This document shows, piece after piece, positions 13,710-25,352 of a stretch of 64,000 bases of DNA. Where the stretch lies: NCBI GenBank assembly GCA_964016885.1, contig OZ024747.1:91016001-91080000 (forward strand), written 5' to 3'. Within the stretch, counting starts at the first letter, position 1. Each line of letters begins with the position of its first letter. Below the pieces are notes generated by a model. The model was given only the letters and a program-made list of their open reading frames with translations, was not told the DNA's origin and did no database searches. This stretch comes from Eledone cirrhosa. Its lineage: Eukaryota. Both the position numbers and the translations under genes were made by a program.

Positions 13710-13774
13710 AAAACCTCACTTTCTAAAAAATATATATATATTAAGGAACTATTATGACATTATAACAAGTTTAT

Positions 13775-13821
13775 TGCCGACAGCCGTTTCGTCCGACCAT
13801 ATGGTGGGACTTTTCAAGGCA
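13775..13821 (-). ncRNA. hammerhead ribozyme, U3:A8 core variant
   Basis: minus: tgcc TTGAAAA gtcc caccatatggtc ggac GAAAC ggct GTC ggca, then AATAAA and (TA)n. Confidence 0.8.
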
Positions 13822-14287
13822 TATAACATGTGATTGTAAGTTCATTATTTACATCAACGTTTCACTCAAGATTAGCAGTTTGAAATTGTGGTATACATCA
13901 GCAGCTCCGCTTGTATATTTAGGGTCTATATTCTAAAGGGGCTCTTTTATATTAGTTGTCGGAGTTGTAAAAGGGATGGGTTATGGGGAGTTAAGAGAAT
14001 TTGAAAAGGGCCTAAGAGTCAGGGATTGAAGGTTAAAAATTAGATAATTTATAATTTGCGCATTAAAAGTAAAAGACTTGGGACCTCGTAGAAGCACCTT
14101 AAAAAATCCCTCAATAAGTGCATAAAGCTTATAAGCCCCAATAAACCTAACAACCCAGTTGTCCTTTGTTCTTTTTCATTAATATTTCTGCTCTGCTTAT
14201 ACGCATAGAGCTTAACTAGCTACCGTCGCATATTTGGTAGGTCAGGCGTGATCATCGCGATTCACATACGACCTACCATACATCTTG

Positions 14288-14327
<40 letters not shown>

Positions 14328-14390
14328 CTTATATATATATATATATATATAGATCAGAGCAAACAGCACGGACACTCTATCTCAAAATTA

Positions 14391-14428
14391 TTTTTGAAAA
14401 GCATTTAGAAATGCGCAACCGGTAAAAA
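14391..14428 (+). ncRNA. degenerate hammerhead, U3:A8 variant
   Basis: ttt TTGAAAA gcattt-ag-aaatgc GCAACCGGTA aaaa; A13 mutated to C. Confidence 0.55.
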
Positions 14429-14545
14429 CTTAAAAACTTAAAACCACAACTGAATACTAACCCATACAATCACTAATACTCTTTTATTCCCAATTAAACC
14501 ATTTTTCAACTGTGAACAATTTGTCAGCATTTTCTATTCCGTTTA

Positions 14546-14608
<63 letters not shown>

Positions 14609-14727
14609 TGTATATATATATATATATATACACTGTATATATATATATATATATATATGTATTAGAAAAAGAAAGTAAGGTTCTATACAAAACAGTGGAT
14701 ATAGAGAAAAGGTGAAGTTGGAAATAG

Positions 14728-15011
14728 CACGGAAAATATATTTAAGGTTTTTCTTTTTTTATCCTTTCTTTGATTCGTCAAATTAACATTATTGAAAAGA
14801 TGACATTATTGAAAAAATGGGAGGGACAATTCTTTAAAAAAAAAGTTTTATAATGTATATAATATATTATCGGTTTCGATGTATTATTATTTAATTAAAA
14901 AGAATTGTCCCTCTCATTTTTTCAATAATGTCAACTTTACAATAAAGTCACTTTGACGAATCAAAGAAAGGATACAAAAAGACAAACAGACCCTTAAATA
15001 TAATGTCCGTG
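14728..15011. repeat. diverged inverted repeat (fold-back element)
   Basis: arms ~14728-14836 / 14896-15011; unpaired segment 14661-14727 abuts (TA)n. Confidence 0.7.
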
Positions 15012-15639
15012 TGCGGGGGTGGGTTGCCAATCATATGAAGAAATAAAAGGCAATAAAATGAAGAAAATAGAAAATGAAAATAAGATAATATAAGCAAATA
15101 ATTAAACAAAAAAATGATAAAATGGTAGAAGGAATAAGATGGTAAAAGAATAAAATAAGATAATCAAATAAAATGTGTGTGTTATAACCAATCTCAAAGC
15201 TATAAAGATCTGTAAGATCCTCTCCTGCCATTGGTCAGTTGTGAGAGCATTCCTCAGTCAGAAGTCTATAGAAATTCTTTCTGGGGTGAGGCTATCTGTA
15301 GTGTTTGTTTTTGCTATTGTTAAGTACATCTAACCTCTACCCTTATTTTGGTAGTGGTGCTGGAGCTGCGGTCAGCCTAGGTCTTGCTGCTGCTGATTTT
15401 AGAAGGATCTGTGTATGTTATCATCCATCCTGCCACCATTCCTCGTGGTGGTGGTGGGGCTGTGGCATGCATATGAAGAAATAAAAGGCAATAAAATGAA
15501 GAAAATAGAAAATAAATGAAAAAAAAAAAATGAAGATTCAAATAAAATGTGTGTGTGTTGTAACCAATCTCAAAGTTAGAAAGATGTTGGCCAAATTAGA
15601 AAGGCTGTGTCAGAATCAATCTCTAGGCTATCATGGTGT

Positions 15640-15835
15640 CTGCTCAGCCTGGATGGGTCCCTATGGCTTGAGGGAGTTCCCAACCTATGGTGTTGTTACT
15701 GTCCATATAGCTTGAGGGAGGTCCGGACCAGAGGTGTCTACATGTTCTGGAGAAGTCCCTATAGCTTGAGGGGAGTTCACATCTACTGTCCATATAGCTT
15801 GAGGAATGTCCCGGCCCTGAGGTGTCTACATGTCC
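15640..15835. repeat. tandem duplications around the PLE ORF end
   Basis: repeated ccatatagcttgaggga / gaggtgtctacatg units. Confidence 0.7.
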
Positions 15836-16207
15836 CGAAGAAGTCGGTTCTGAGGTTTATCAGGCGGCTTCCACCTCTTAGTATCTCGAGGGTCTCGCTC
15901 AGACATAGTTTGCATATGCCAGATCCCCCTTTATCGAGTGGTACTTTCCTGATTATGGACCAGGCCAGAGAGTACGGGGTCCTGTCCAGCTTAAGCTTCC
16001 AGATCAGGTCGGAAAGAGCCGTACTTTTCCTTTTGACTTCCTTTTGAAGGAATGGCGATGGTTATACCAACGGTCTTTAAAGCTCGTTGATGTGGCTCCT
16101 GTGTAGAGGTGTTCGGAGTTGGGGTTTTTTACTCTACATCCGTATATTAGGTTCTTCCTAAGGCATTAATTACTAAGGGGGCATGATTCGGAGTTTCTGC
16201 AGTTGCA
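15783..16207 (-). pseudogene. Penelope-like element GIY-YIG endonuclease C-terminal remnant
   Basis: manual translation across a stop and frameshifts: CNCRNSESCPLSN*CLRKNLIYGCRV / EHLYTGATSTSFKDRWYNHRHSF / STALSDLIWKLK..AWSII..CKLCLSETLEI..LINLRTDFFGTCRH; 5' end abuts (TA)n. Confidence 0.85.
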
Positions 16208-16223
16208 TATATATATATATATA

Positions 16224-16414
16224 TAAGAAAAGAGCCAGGACCCCGACGGCTGAGCTCCGGCCGTTTCGACAGCTAGATCTGATCTATCTGTCGAAACGGC
16301 CGGAACTCAGCCATCGGGGTCCTGTCTCTTTTCTTATTACCCACTCTACTACCCTAAGTATCGAGTACTCTGGTGCGTTATGGTCCACCTGGTTCCTTAC
16401 CCCACTTGCTTCGT

Positions 16415-16415
<1 letters not shown>
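16224..16415 (+). mobile_element. fold-back mini-element, GAGCTC family (subfamily B)
   Basis: arms 16224-16280 / 16282-16336 plus conserved tail; (TA)n on both sides. Confidence 0.85.
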
Positions 16416-16442
<27 letters not shown>

Positions 16443-16446
<4 letters not shown>

Positions 16447-16540
16447 AGGTTCAATCGAGGGTAACCATGGTAAGTAAGGTACTCTACAATGGCTTCTACG
16501 GGACTAGAACTGACTGTTTCATTCGGGAGAACTCATATGT
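16443..16540 (-). mobile_element. PLE 3' remnant with partial HHR (family of 41183)
   Basis: minus: atga gttc tccc gaat GAAAC A GTC agttc...gagtaccttacttac...gattgaacc; matches 41245-41350. Confidence 0.6.
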
Positions 16541-16557
16541 ATGAAAATATTCAGTAT

Positions 16558-16649
16558 CTCAGACGACTGAGCTCCGGCCGTTTCGACAGCTAGATCCGAA
16601 CGCTATGGTGCTATGGTCCACCTGGTATCTTACCACACTTTCTTTGCTA
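16558..16649 (+). mobile_element. internally deleted GAGCTC-family copy
   Basis: left arm ctgagctccggccgtttcgacagctagatc joined to tail tatggtccacctggtatcttaccac. Confidence 0.7.
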
Positions 16650-16836
16650 TACATATGTGTCTGTGCGTGTGTGTATGTGTGTGCGTGTGTGTGTTTTCTC
16701 ATTCTATCATCAAATATATTTCTTCATTGGACTGTCTTTTCCTTTGTTATTTCTGCTTCCTTTGCACACACACACACACACACGCACACACACACATACA
16801 CGCGCGCGCGCGCACGCACACACACGCACACACACC

Positions 16837-16909
<73 letters not shown>

Positions 16910-16974
16910 TAGATAATGGCAGCTGTACCCAACCTTACTATATAACCACTATTCACCATATCCTGGGTCGCTTT

Positions 16975-17225
16975 CGTTCTGATCGATCAACAAGATCCCA
17001 GACCTCATTCGCTTGCCATGCGTGGTGGACCTTGTCAAATCAGACCAAGGAAACAATGTTTCTATTAGTCTTTCTATTGCTGACACTATTTGCAGGTCGC
17101 AACTCCTGGCATAAGGAGCAACGTGAAATAAAGTGTCTTGTTCAAGGACACAACGCATCACCCCGGTCCGAGAATTAAAACTAGCAGCGAATCCAACTCT
17201 CTGACCACTAGGCCACGCAACTTCA
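16975..17225 (-). mobile_element. SINE family 2-related copy
   Basis: ggagcaacgtgaaataaagtgtcttgttcaaggacacaacgca...ccactaggccacgc. Confidence 0.65.
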
Positions 17226-17778
17226 CCATATCTTGGATAAATTGCTTTAAAACAATGTTGAAAAACCTTCAGTGTAGCGGAAGTGTGTGTTTATATACGC
17301 AGAAACCATGCGTGTCGAATACTCCAGTAGATGGTTAAAATTGAAATTCAAAAAAAAAAAAAAAAAAAAAAAGGCGCAATAATTAATTTGATAAATAAAT
17401 AAACAAAAAAAAAATGTCATTAAGAATATAATTTTAATCAGACAATTATATTATTTTCTGGGGATATTTCAAAATACTGAGCCAATTTATGTGATTAATC
17501 TAAATAGAATATTTTTTTCTAATCAGTAAATGGATAAATAAATTTATCTGTTGCAACGCTTCGGGTTATACATTAGTATTAATTTTCTACCAGGAATTAA
17601 AGGAACAAGTTTCTGAAAAAGTCACATAACCTATATATTTCTTTCTGAAACGATGTGCTACTATGTAAAACGTCAGTTATCTAGGTTTAAAATTGCTATC
17701 TACACATACAGACTCACACTAGTTCGCATATACTTGACGTGGCAATAAAATCTTTAGAATAGTACTTTTAAAATCAAT

Positions 17779-17822
17779 TTTACTTTTGAAAAGAATAAGA
17801 ACTGTGAAACCAGTAAAGTAAA
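17779..17822 (+). ncRNA. hammerhead motif, U3:A8 variant (stem II decayed)
   Basis: tttactt TTGAAAA gaataagaactgt GAAAC ca GTA aagtaaa; 7-bp stem I. Confidence 0.6.
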
Positions 17823-17869
17823 TAAGTAAATATTCTTAAAAGACTCCAGTTGCATTTTCAGTTTCTTTT

Positions 17870-17949
<80 letters not shown>

Positions 17950-18023
17950 AAAAGAAACTGAAAATGCAACTGGAGTCTTTTAAGAATATTTATTTATTTA
18001 CTTTACCGGTTTCACAGTTCTTA
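17796..18023. repeat. inverted repeat centred on (TA)n
   Basis: arms 17796-17872 / 17946-18023. Confidence 0.85.
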
Positions 18024-18041
18024 TGCGTCAACTACATACGG

Positions 18042-18081
<40 letters not shown>

Positions 18082-18101
18082 TGTGTGTAAGTGTGTATGT
18101 G

Positions 18102-18139
<38 letters not shown>

Positions 18140-18155
18140 CACACGTGTGTGTGTG

Positions 18156-18191
<36 letters not shown>

Positions 18192-18322
18192 CCGTATGTA
18201 GTTGACGGATAATAGAAAGACTACTCATTACCGGAGTGGAGTCTTCGCTGACGACCCTGTGTGTATGCAATCCATGTCGATTCAATTTGGATTGCCTCGG
18301 AAACAACGTTATTATGTAACAA

Positions 18323-18396
18323 GCTGTCTGATGATGACACGACACTCGCACACAGAACAGTGTGGCCAGTGTCGTCATTGAAATATATATCACAGC
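18323..18396 (+). ncRNA. canonical type-I hammerhead ribozyme
   Basis: gctgt CTGATGA tgacacgacact..cacac/gtgtg..agtgtcgtcatt GAA ATATATAT C acagc; AUC triplet. Confidence 0.88.
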
Positions 18397-18414
18397 ATTA
18401 TTATTAAAGGACTT

Positions 18415-18598
18415 GGCGGTGGATTGGCAGTATCGGTAGAGGGTCGGACGCCATGCTTTCCAGCATAGTTACGTCCCTTTACGATCTGAGTTCAAATCCC
18501 GCCGAGGTTGACTTTGCCTTTCATCCTTACGGGGTCGATAAAATAAAGTACCAGTAATGCACTGGGTAATTGCTGGCCTTGTGCCTAAAGTAGAAACA
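18415..18598 (+). mobile_element. full-length tRNA-derived CORE-type SINE (family 1) with TSD
   Basis: A-box-like tggcagtatcgg, B-box gagttcaaatcc, CORE-like gcctttcatccttacggggtcgataaaataaagtaccag; TSD attattattaaaggacttg 18397-18415 / 18599-18617. Confidence 0.93.
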
Positions 18599-18722
18599 AT
18601 TATTATTAAAGGACTTGAACATCTGAAACTACTTCGCTTTTCCTTATTCGATATTTACTCCGTCACTCCTATGTGGAAAAAAGTACGTTGAGTGCTTGAA
18701 TTGAATTGCATCAATATTTACC

Positions 18723-18799
<77 letters not shown>

Positions 18800-19529
18800 T
18801 TTATGCTATTTATAGTCCTTTCACACATTGCTCTATTTTTCTGTATGCTGAACTAAATAAAAATATATAAGTATTACATAATTAACGAACCAGATGACGT
18901 ACTCATAGAATCATCTTTAGTGAAATCTGTAGTGAAAATAGCCTTTCTAAACACTGTTTGGATATCTGTAAAATTTGGTAGAGATCGCTTCATGTGCAGA
19001 AAACGTTACTATGAACCTGTAATAGCTTCACAGTGACAGCATCTACTTTGCTTTACTGTGGAGATATATATTCGAGCAAGCATCAACTACTCAAGCCTCC
19101 TCCATTATATCTCATGGGAAAATTATTTACCAATAAATACATTATTGACGAAAATATATAGGTAATTACCTTCTCAACCGTAAAAAAATTATTCAAGTGC
19201 TATACACAATTAAAAGACTATTATCAGAACATAAATCAAGACAGCCCGATGCAAATATCAATAGATGTAACGGACATTGTGCACACTAAATGGAATGTCG
19301 ATCTCTCTCTTTTTCTTTTTCATTGTCTCTTTACACACACACACACACACACACGCACACACACACACGCACACACACACACATATATACACACTCGCAC
19401 GCACACACACACACACATATATATATATATCGTATATATTTTTTTCTTTGTTAATTTTCTTAAGTTTATATCTAATTATCTATTTATCTATCTATCTGTC
19501 TCACCCCCCCTCTCTCTCTCTCTCTCTCG

Positions 19530-19561
<32 letters not shown>

Positions 19562-19580
19562 GCGTGTGTATGTGTATATG

Positions 19581-19692
<112 letters not shown>

Positions 19693-19794
19693 GAAATAGA
19701 AGCTTTCGCCGAATTTTTTGACAAAATATATGGAACCCTCTAAGAAATGGAAAAAAGATGAGTATATGTATATATATATATATATATATCTAGG

Positions 19795-20146
19795 GCGGGT
19801 AAAATTCCCGAGATCCATGGACGAGTTCTCTCCAGCAGTCTCTGTCCTTCATTATTGCTGCCATGTCCTGCGTCTCCAACAGACCAGTGTCCTTAGGGCA
19901 TCAACATACGTTAACCTTGGTCTTCCTCTTCCAGTGTGTCCATGTAGGGGCTCCCACAGGAGCACTGAGTGCAGTGTCAACTCTGGATGTCGGTGAGCAT
20001 GCCCAGCTAACCTCAGTCTCCTCTGTGTCACTTTTGAGCAGACTTTTGGGAGGTTTCCATACAGCTCTGAGTTTTTGATCCTCAGTGTATACTGATTAAT
20101 GTTCAGAGCCATCCTCAGCATTCTCGTATAGCACCTATCCACCATC
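19795..20146 (-). mobile_element. RTE/RTE-X LINE ORF2 C-terminal fragment
   Basis: DRCYTRMLRMALNI...ELYGNLPKV...RRLRLAGH.HRH...VLLWEP..G...RGRP..TYVD. Confidence 0.85.
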
Positions 20147-20467
20147 TGAGTGAGTATATATATATATAGTTAAAACAGAAAACAAAAACAATAACGAAGA
20201 GTGCAATACAAAGTGTTAGGTTCACGCATGAGAGTGTGTGTGTGGGGGGGGGGGGTATGTAAAGGGTCCATCGGGGGCGTCAAAAGAATTGAAATTCTTA
20301 GAAAATACAGAAAATCTCGTAAGCAAAATATAACTGTAATTACAGTTGATTGCTATAAATAATAGCTGAGAAACCCGGGTAAAATACCCCTATAGATTGA
20401 TAAAGTGGCCAGCAGCCCCTACGGAGAATCAAACTCTCGGAACAATGAGAGGTACAGAGTTGGAACT

Positions 20468-20995
20468 CCACCAACACCACAATCACCATCACTATCACCA
20501 TGACTACCACCAACACAACCACCACCACCACGACCACCACCACGACCACCACCATGACCACCAATACGTCCACGACCACCACCACGACCACCAATACGTC
20601 CACCACCACCACCACGACCACAAATACGTCCTTAACCACCGCCACGACCACCATCACCACCACCACGACCACCATCACCGCCACCACCTTGATCACCACC
20701 AACGCTATCACCACCACCACCACCACCACCACCACTACTACTACCACCACCACCACCACCATCACCATCACATCATCACCACCACCACCACTATCTCCAT
20801 CACCACCGCCATTATCACAACCATCACCACCACCACTATCACGACTATGAAGACGACGACGACGAACACCACCACCACCATTACCACTATAACCATCACG
20901 ACTACCACCATCACCACCTCCATCACTACTACCACCACTACCAGCACCACCACTACCACCCCTACCCCAATCATCACCATCGGCAACAATAACAG
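20468..20995. repeat. degenerate (CAC)n trinucleotide tract
   Basis: direct inspection. Confidence 0.9.
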
Positions 20996-21017
20996 TAACG
21001 AAACTGTAGTAAAACAA

Positions 21018-21485
21018 ATAATTGTTTCTACTTTTGGCACAAGGCCAGCAATTACCCAGTACATTACATTCTATCGACCCCATAAGGGTGAAAGGCAAAG
21101 TTAACCTCAGCGGGATTTGAACTCAGTCCGTAAAGGAACATAACTGTGCTGCAAAACATGGCGTCTGACCATCTACCGATACTGCCAAAAAACAAATAAT
21201 TGTTTCTACTTTTGGCACAAGGCCAGCAATTACCAGTACATTACTGGTACTTTATTTTATCGACCCCGTAAGGATGAAAGACAAAGTTGACCTCGGTGGG
21301 ATTTGAACTCAGAATAGCAAGGGCCGTAACTATATACGTCAAAGCATGGCGTCCGACCCTCTACCGATACTGCCAATCCAACGCTCAAATAATTGTTTCT
21401 ACTTTTGGCACAAGGCCAGCAATTACCTCAGTGTATTACTGGTACTTTATTTTATCGACCCCGTAAGGATGAAAGGCAAAGTTAA
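21018..21485 (-). mobile_element. three tandem SINE family 1 copies
   Basis: aataattgtttctacttttggcacaagg restarts at ~21017, ~21195 and ~21388. Confidence 0.85.
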
Positions 21486-21499
21486 TTTCTTCAAAAAAA

Positions 21500-21780
21500 G
21501 TAATATAAAGGTGTCGTCGAAAGTTCTAGAATGTCGAAGTGACAGCCAACTGGCGTATTTTCAATTTCCTCACATCTGCGCCGGCTGTATATGTACCATA
21601 CATTTCTTTAACTCGTCGTACTTTCTTTTATTTTATTATTTTGAATTTTGGGTGTATATTTTGGGTATAGATTTTGGGAAAAGTGTTATCTTACTTAACG
21701 TTCGAAACTGGAACATATCGATGTGGTTTGTATGGCGCGGATATGATAAGGAGAATCGACCTGTTACAAGGCGATGTAAT
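21500..21780 (-). pseudogene. decayed PLE GIY-YIG remnant (second family)
   Basis: minus frames give PCNR, MYG..ADVRK and NTPVGCHF (21536-21559), resembling the R..GH...TPVA.HF block. Confidence 0.35.
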
Positions 21781-22338
21781 TGGAGTACACCATCCCTCAT
21801 ATGGACTATCATACATGTAAGGCTACACAACTGCTAACCAACTATTCTTTTCACAGACGCATGCTTGCACACTCTATTGATCTGCCTGTACACCCTCTTT
21901 TTGCACTGCTTCTGCTTTGATGCATCTATGCTTTGCTTTGTCTTATATTTCTTTGGGTTTTCCGGGCTTTTTGTTCCTTTATTGTTTTGTATTTTTATAT
22001 CTATCTCTTTTATTATCTTTGTATTTTTGCACTTTTTTATTTTTTTAAAAATTATTTTCTTATTGTTTCTGATCATGCTGAGTAATACCCTCACTCTTCC
22101 CTTGCTACCCCCTCCGAACCTCTTTATCATCTATTGCACCTTTTAAGTGATAAATTTTTGGTGTAATTTTTAAATTATAATTTTTTAATTTTTAAGACAT
22201 TTTATGACATTATATGCATCATGTATTCTGCCTTTTTCCATATAGCGCTGGCCTCGGGACCCACCTGCTGGTCCTTTAACCTTGTTCCGGTGACGCAGCT
22301 AGATGGAGCATGCAACTACTGATATACTCATGTTTATA

Positions 22339-22385
22339 AGCTCTGATGATTCCTGCCATGGTGTATGGATGAAACACTGTTAGCT
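22339..22385 (+). ncRNA. minimal hammerhead ribozyme
   Basis: agct CTGATGA ttcc...ggat GAAAC act GTT agct, immediately followed by AATAAA. Confidence 0.75.
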
Positions 22386-22540
22386 AATAAAACAATGTAT
22401 TTCTAAGTACTGTTTGGTTATTCTTATAACTATAATGGCTTTGTAGTATACTAGTTATCCTACTTTGCGCTAAAACCACACTGTCATACCAAGGGCAACA
22501 TATCTACATGTCTGGGCATATTGATATATTTGTCAACGAA

Positions 22541-22572
<32 letters not shown>

Positions 22573-22611
22573 ATATTAAATAAATGGAAACTATATTTAT
22601 AAAACCATATT

Positions 22612-22677
22612 TATTCTATTATATATATTTCAAGGCTACAAAAAAAATACTTTGGTACGTTTTCATCAGATAAAATA
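22612..22677 (-). ncRNA. minimal hammerhead ribozyme (family of 6342)
   Basis: minus: tattttat CTGATGA aaacgtacca...tgtagcctt GAA ATATATAT A atagaata; stem II partly decayed. Confidence 0.7.
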
Positions 22678-22839
22678 CAAAGTGTGTTTTATAAATTTTG
22701 ACATAGCCAAGGAAACATACCTTATCAGATGAATTTTTTATATTTGTTGAATTTCCAACAAATTAAATATCCCTTCTACTTATACATACACACACATATA
22801 TATATATATACACATATATATGTAACATTAACAAAGGGA

Positions 22840-23622
<783 letters not shown>

Positions 23623-23646
23623 TATATATATATAAATATATATATA

Positions 23647-23862
23647 TTATTGATGTATTGTTTTATTGATATTTTTTATCTGTTTGTCCCGAATCTTCTA
23701 TTATCGATTTTTTATCGTATGGTTGATTGTAGACTTGTTCTATATGTGACGGTATTTTAACGATAGTTATAGCTCTGATTCATCTGAATTATTGAGCCCT
23801 CTGCCGCTCATTTCGAATTTTGTTTATCGTGAACTCGTGCGCCGATTTTTCGATACTCGACC

Positions 23863-23869
<7 letters not shown>
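23647..23869 (+). repeat. ~220-bp dispersed repeat (copy 2)
   Basis: near-identical to 7538-7759; (TA)n on both sides. Confidence 0.85.
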
Positions 23870-23956
<87 letters not shown>

Positions 23957-24032
23957 TTTACATATATATAATATATATAATATTATATAAATATATATAT
24001 ATATATACATTTGCACATATATATATATATAC

Positions 24033-24096
<64 letters not shown>

Positions 24097-24430
24097 TTAT
24101 AACATTAGCAAAGGGAACATAGATATTTGACCTAAAGTTAAGGTTAAGAAAGTTATTCAAGTGTCAGAAGTAATTGAGAAAACGAAATCGTGACTTGCTA
24201 TTCTGGAACAGGAAGGAAGATTTAGATATAGATTCTCAAATATATATACACACGTGACTTTATATTAATGTATATTACGGTATATAAATATTAATCATAG
24301 GCAGATAGAGGTATGTACCTATAGGTTCATGTGTTTATGTGTGTGTGTGTGTGTGTGTGTATATTTATATATATATATATATATAAGTATATAATTATAT
24401 ATGTATATATTTATATATACATACATACAT

Positions 24431-24609
<179 letters not shown>

Positions 24610-25352
24610 TAGTACACATATACATATACACACACATATATAAATATACACATATATATATATCGATGATTAGATAGACTGATAGATAAATGAATAGACA
24701 TACAGACAGAGAAATAGATGGATGAATAGATAGATAGATAGCTATAAATCGATAGTCATGTCGAAAAGCAATTGGTCGACAGAAAAAAGAAAAAAAAATT
24801 AAATATAAATTTTCCCCGTTAAAATTTTTTAAACAAAAATATTTGTGCCTGGTAACATATGATTACCATGACTTCTTTTACCTTTTCTTCCGTGTCCATT
24901 AGATTTTAACATGTTTAATCACACACATACATATTTAACATGAACCCACACACGTACACCCCACCAAACACCTACCCCGTCGCACACACAAAGCCCCCAT
25001 ATATATGTATATTTATATATATATAAATGGAAAAAATGAAACGAAATTTCATTTCTCACTCTTAGTACGGCAGTTACTTAAATATAAGTATGTATACGTA
25101 CATACATATATGTATACAGACGTACAGTAGTATCTATATATATACAAACATGCACACAAACCGAGCATTATAATAAATGTATATATTTCTCTCTCTCTCT
25201 CTCACTATCTCTTACGCTCTCTCTCTCACTATCTCTTACTCTCTCTCTCGCTTTCTCTCTCTCTCTATATATATATCAATTCATGCGCATCTCTCTTTTT
25301 TTCTCTCTATATATCACATATATTATATTATATTATATTATATTATGTTATA

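Noticed and set aside
18415-18500. tRNA gene
   Set aside because: A/B boxes belong to SINE heads; no cloverleaf, and followed by SINE body and TSD
20340-21104. His-, Thr- or Gly-rich ORFs
   Set aside because: Degenerate (CAC)n tract open in several frames and running into a SINE
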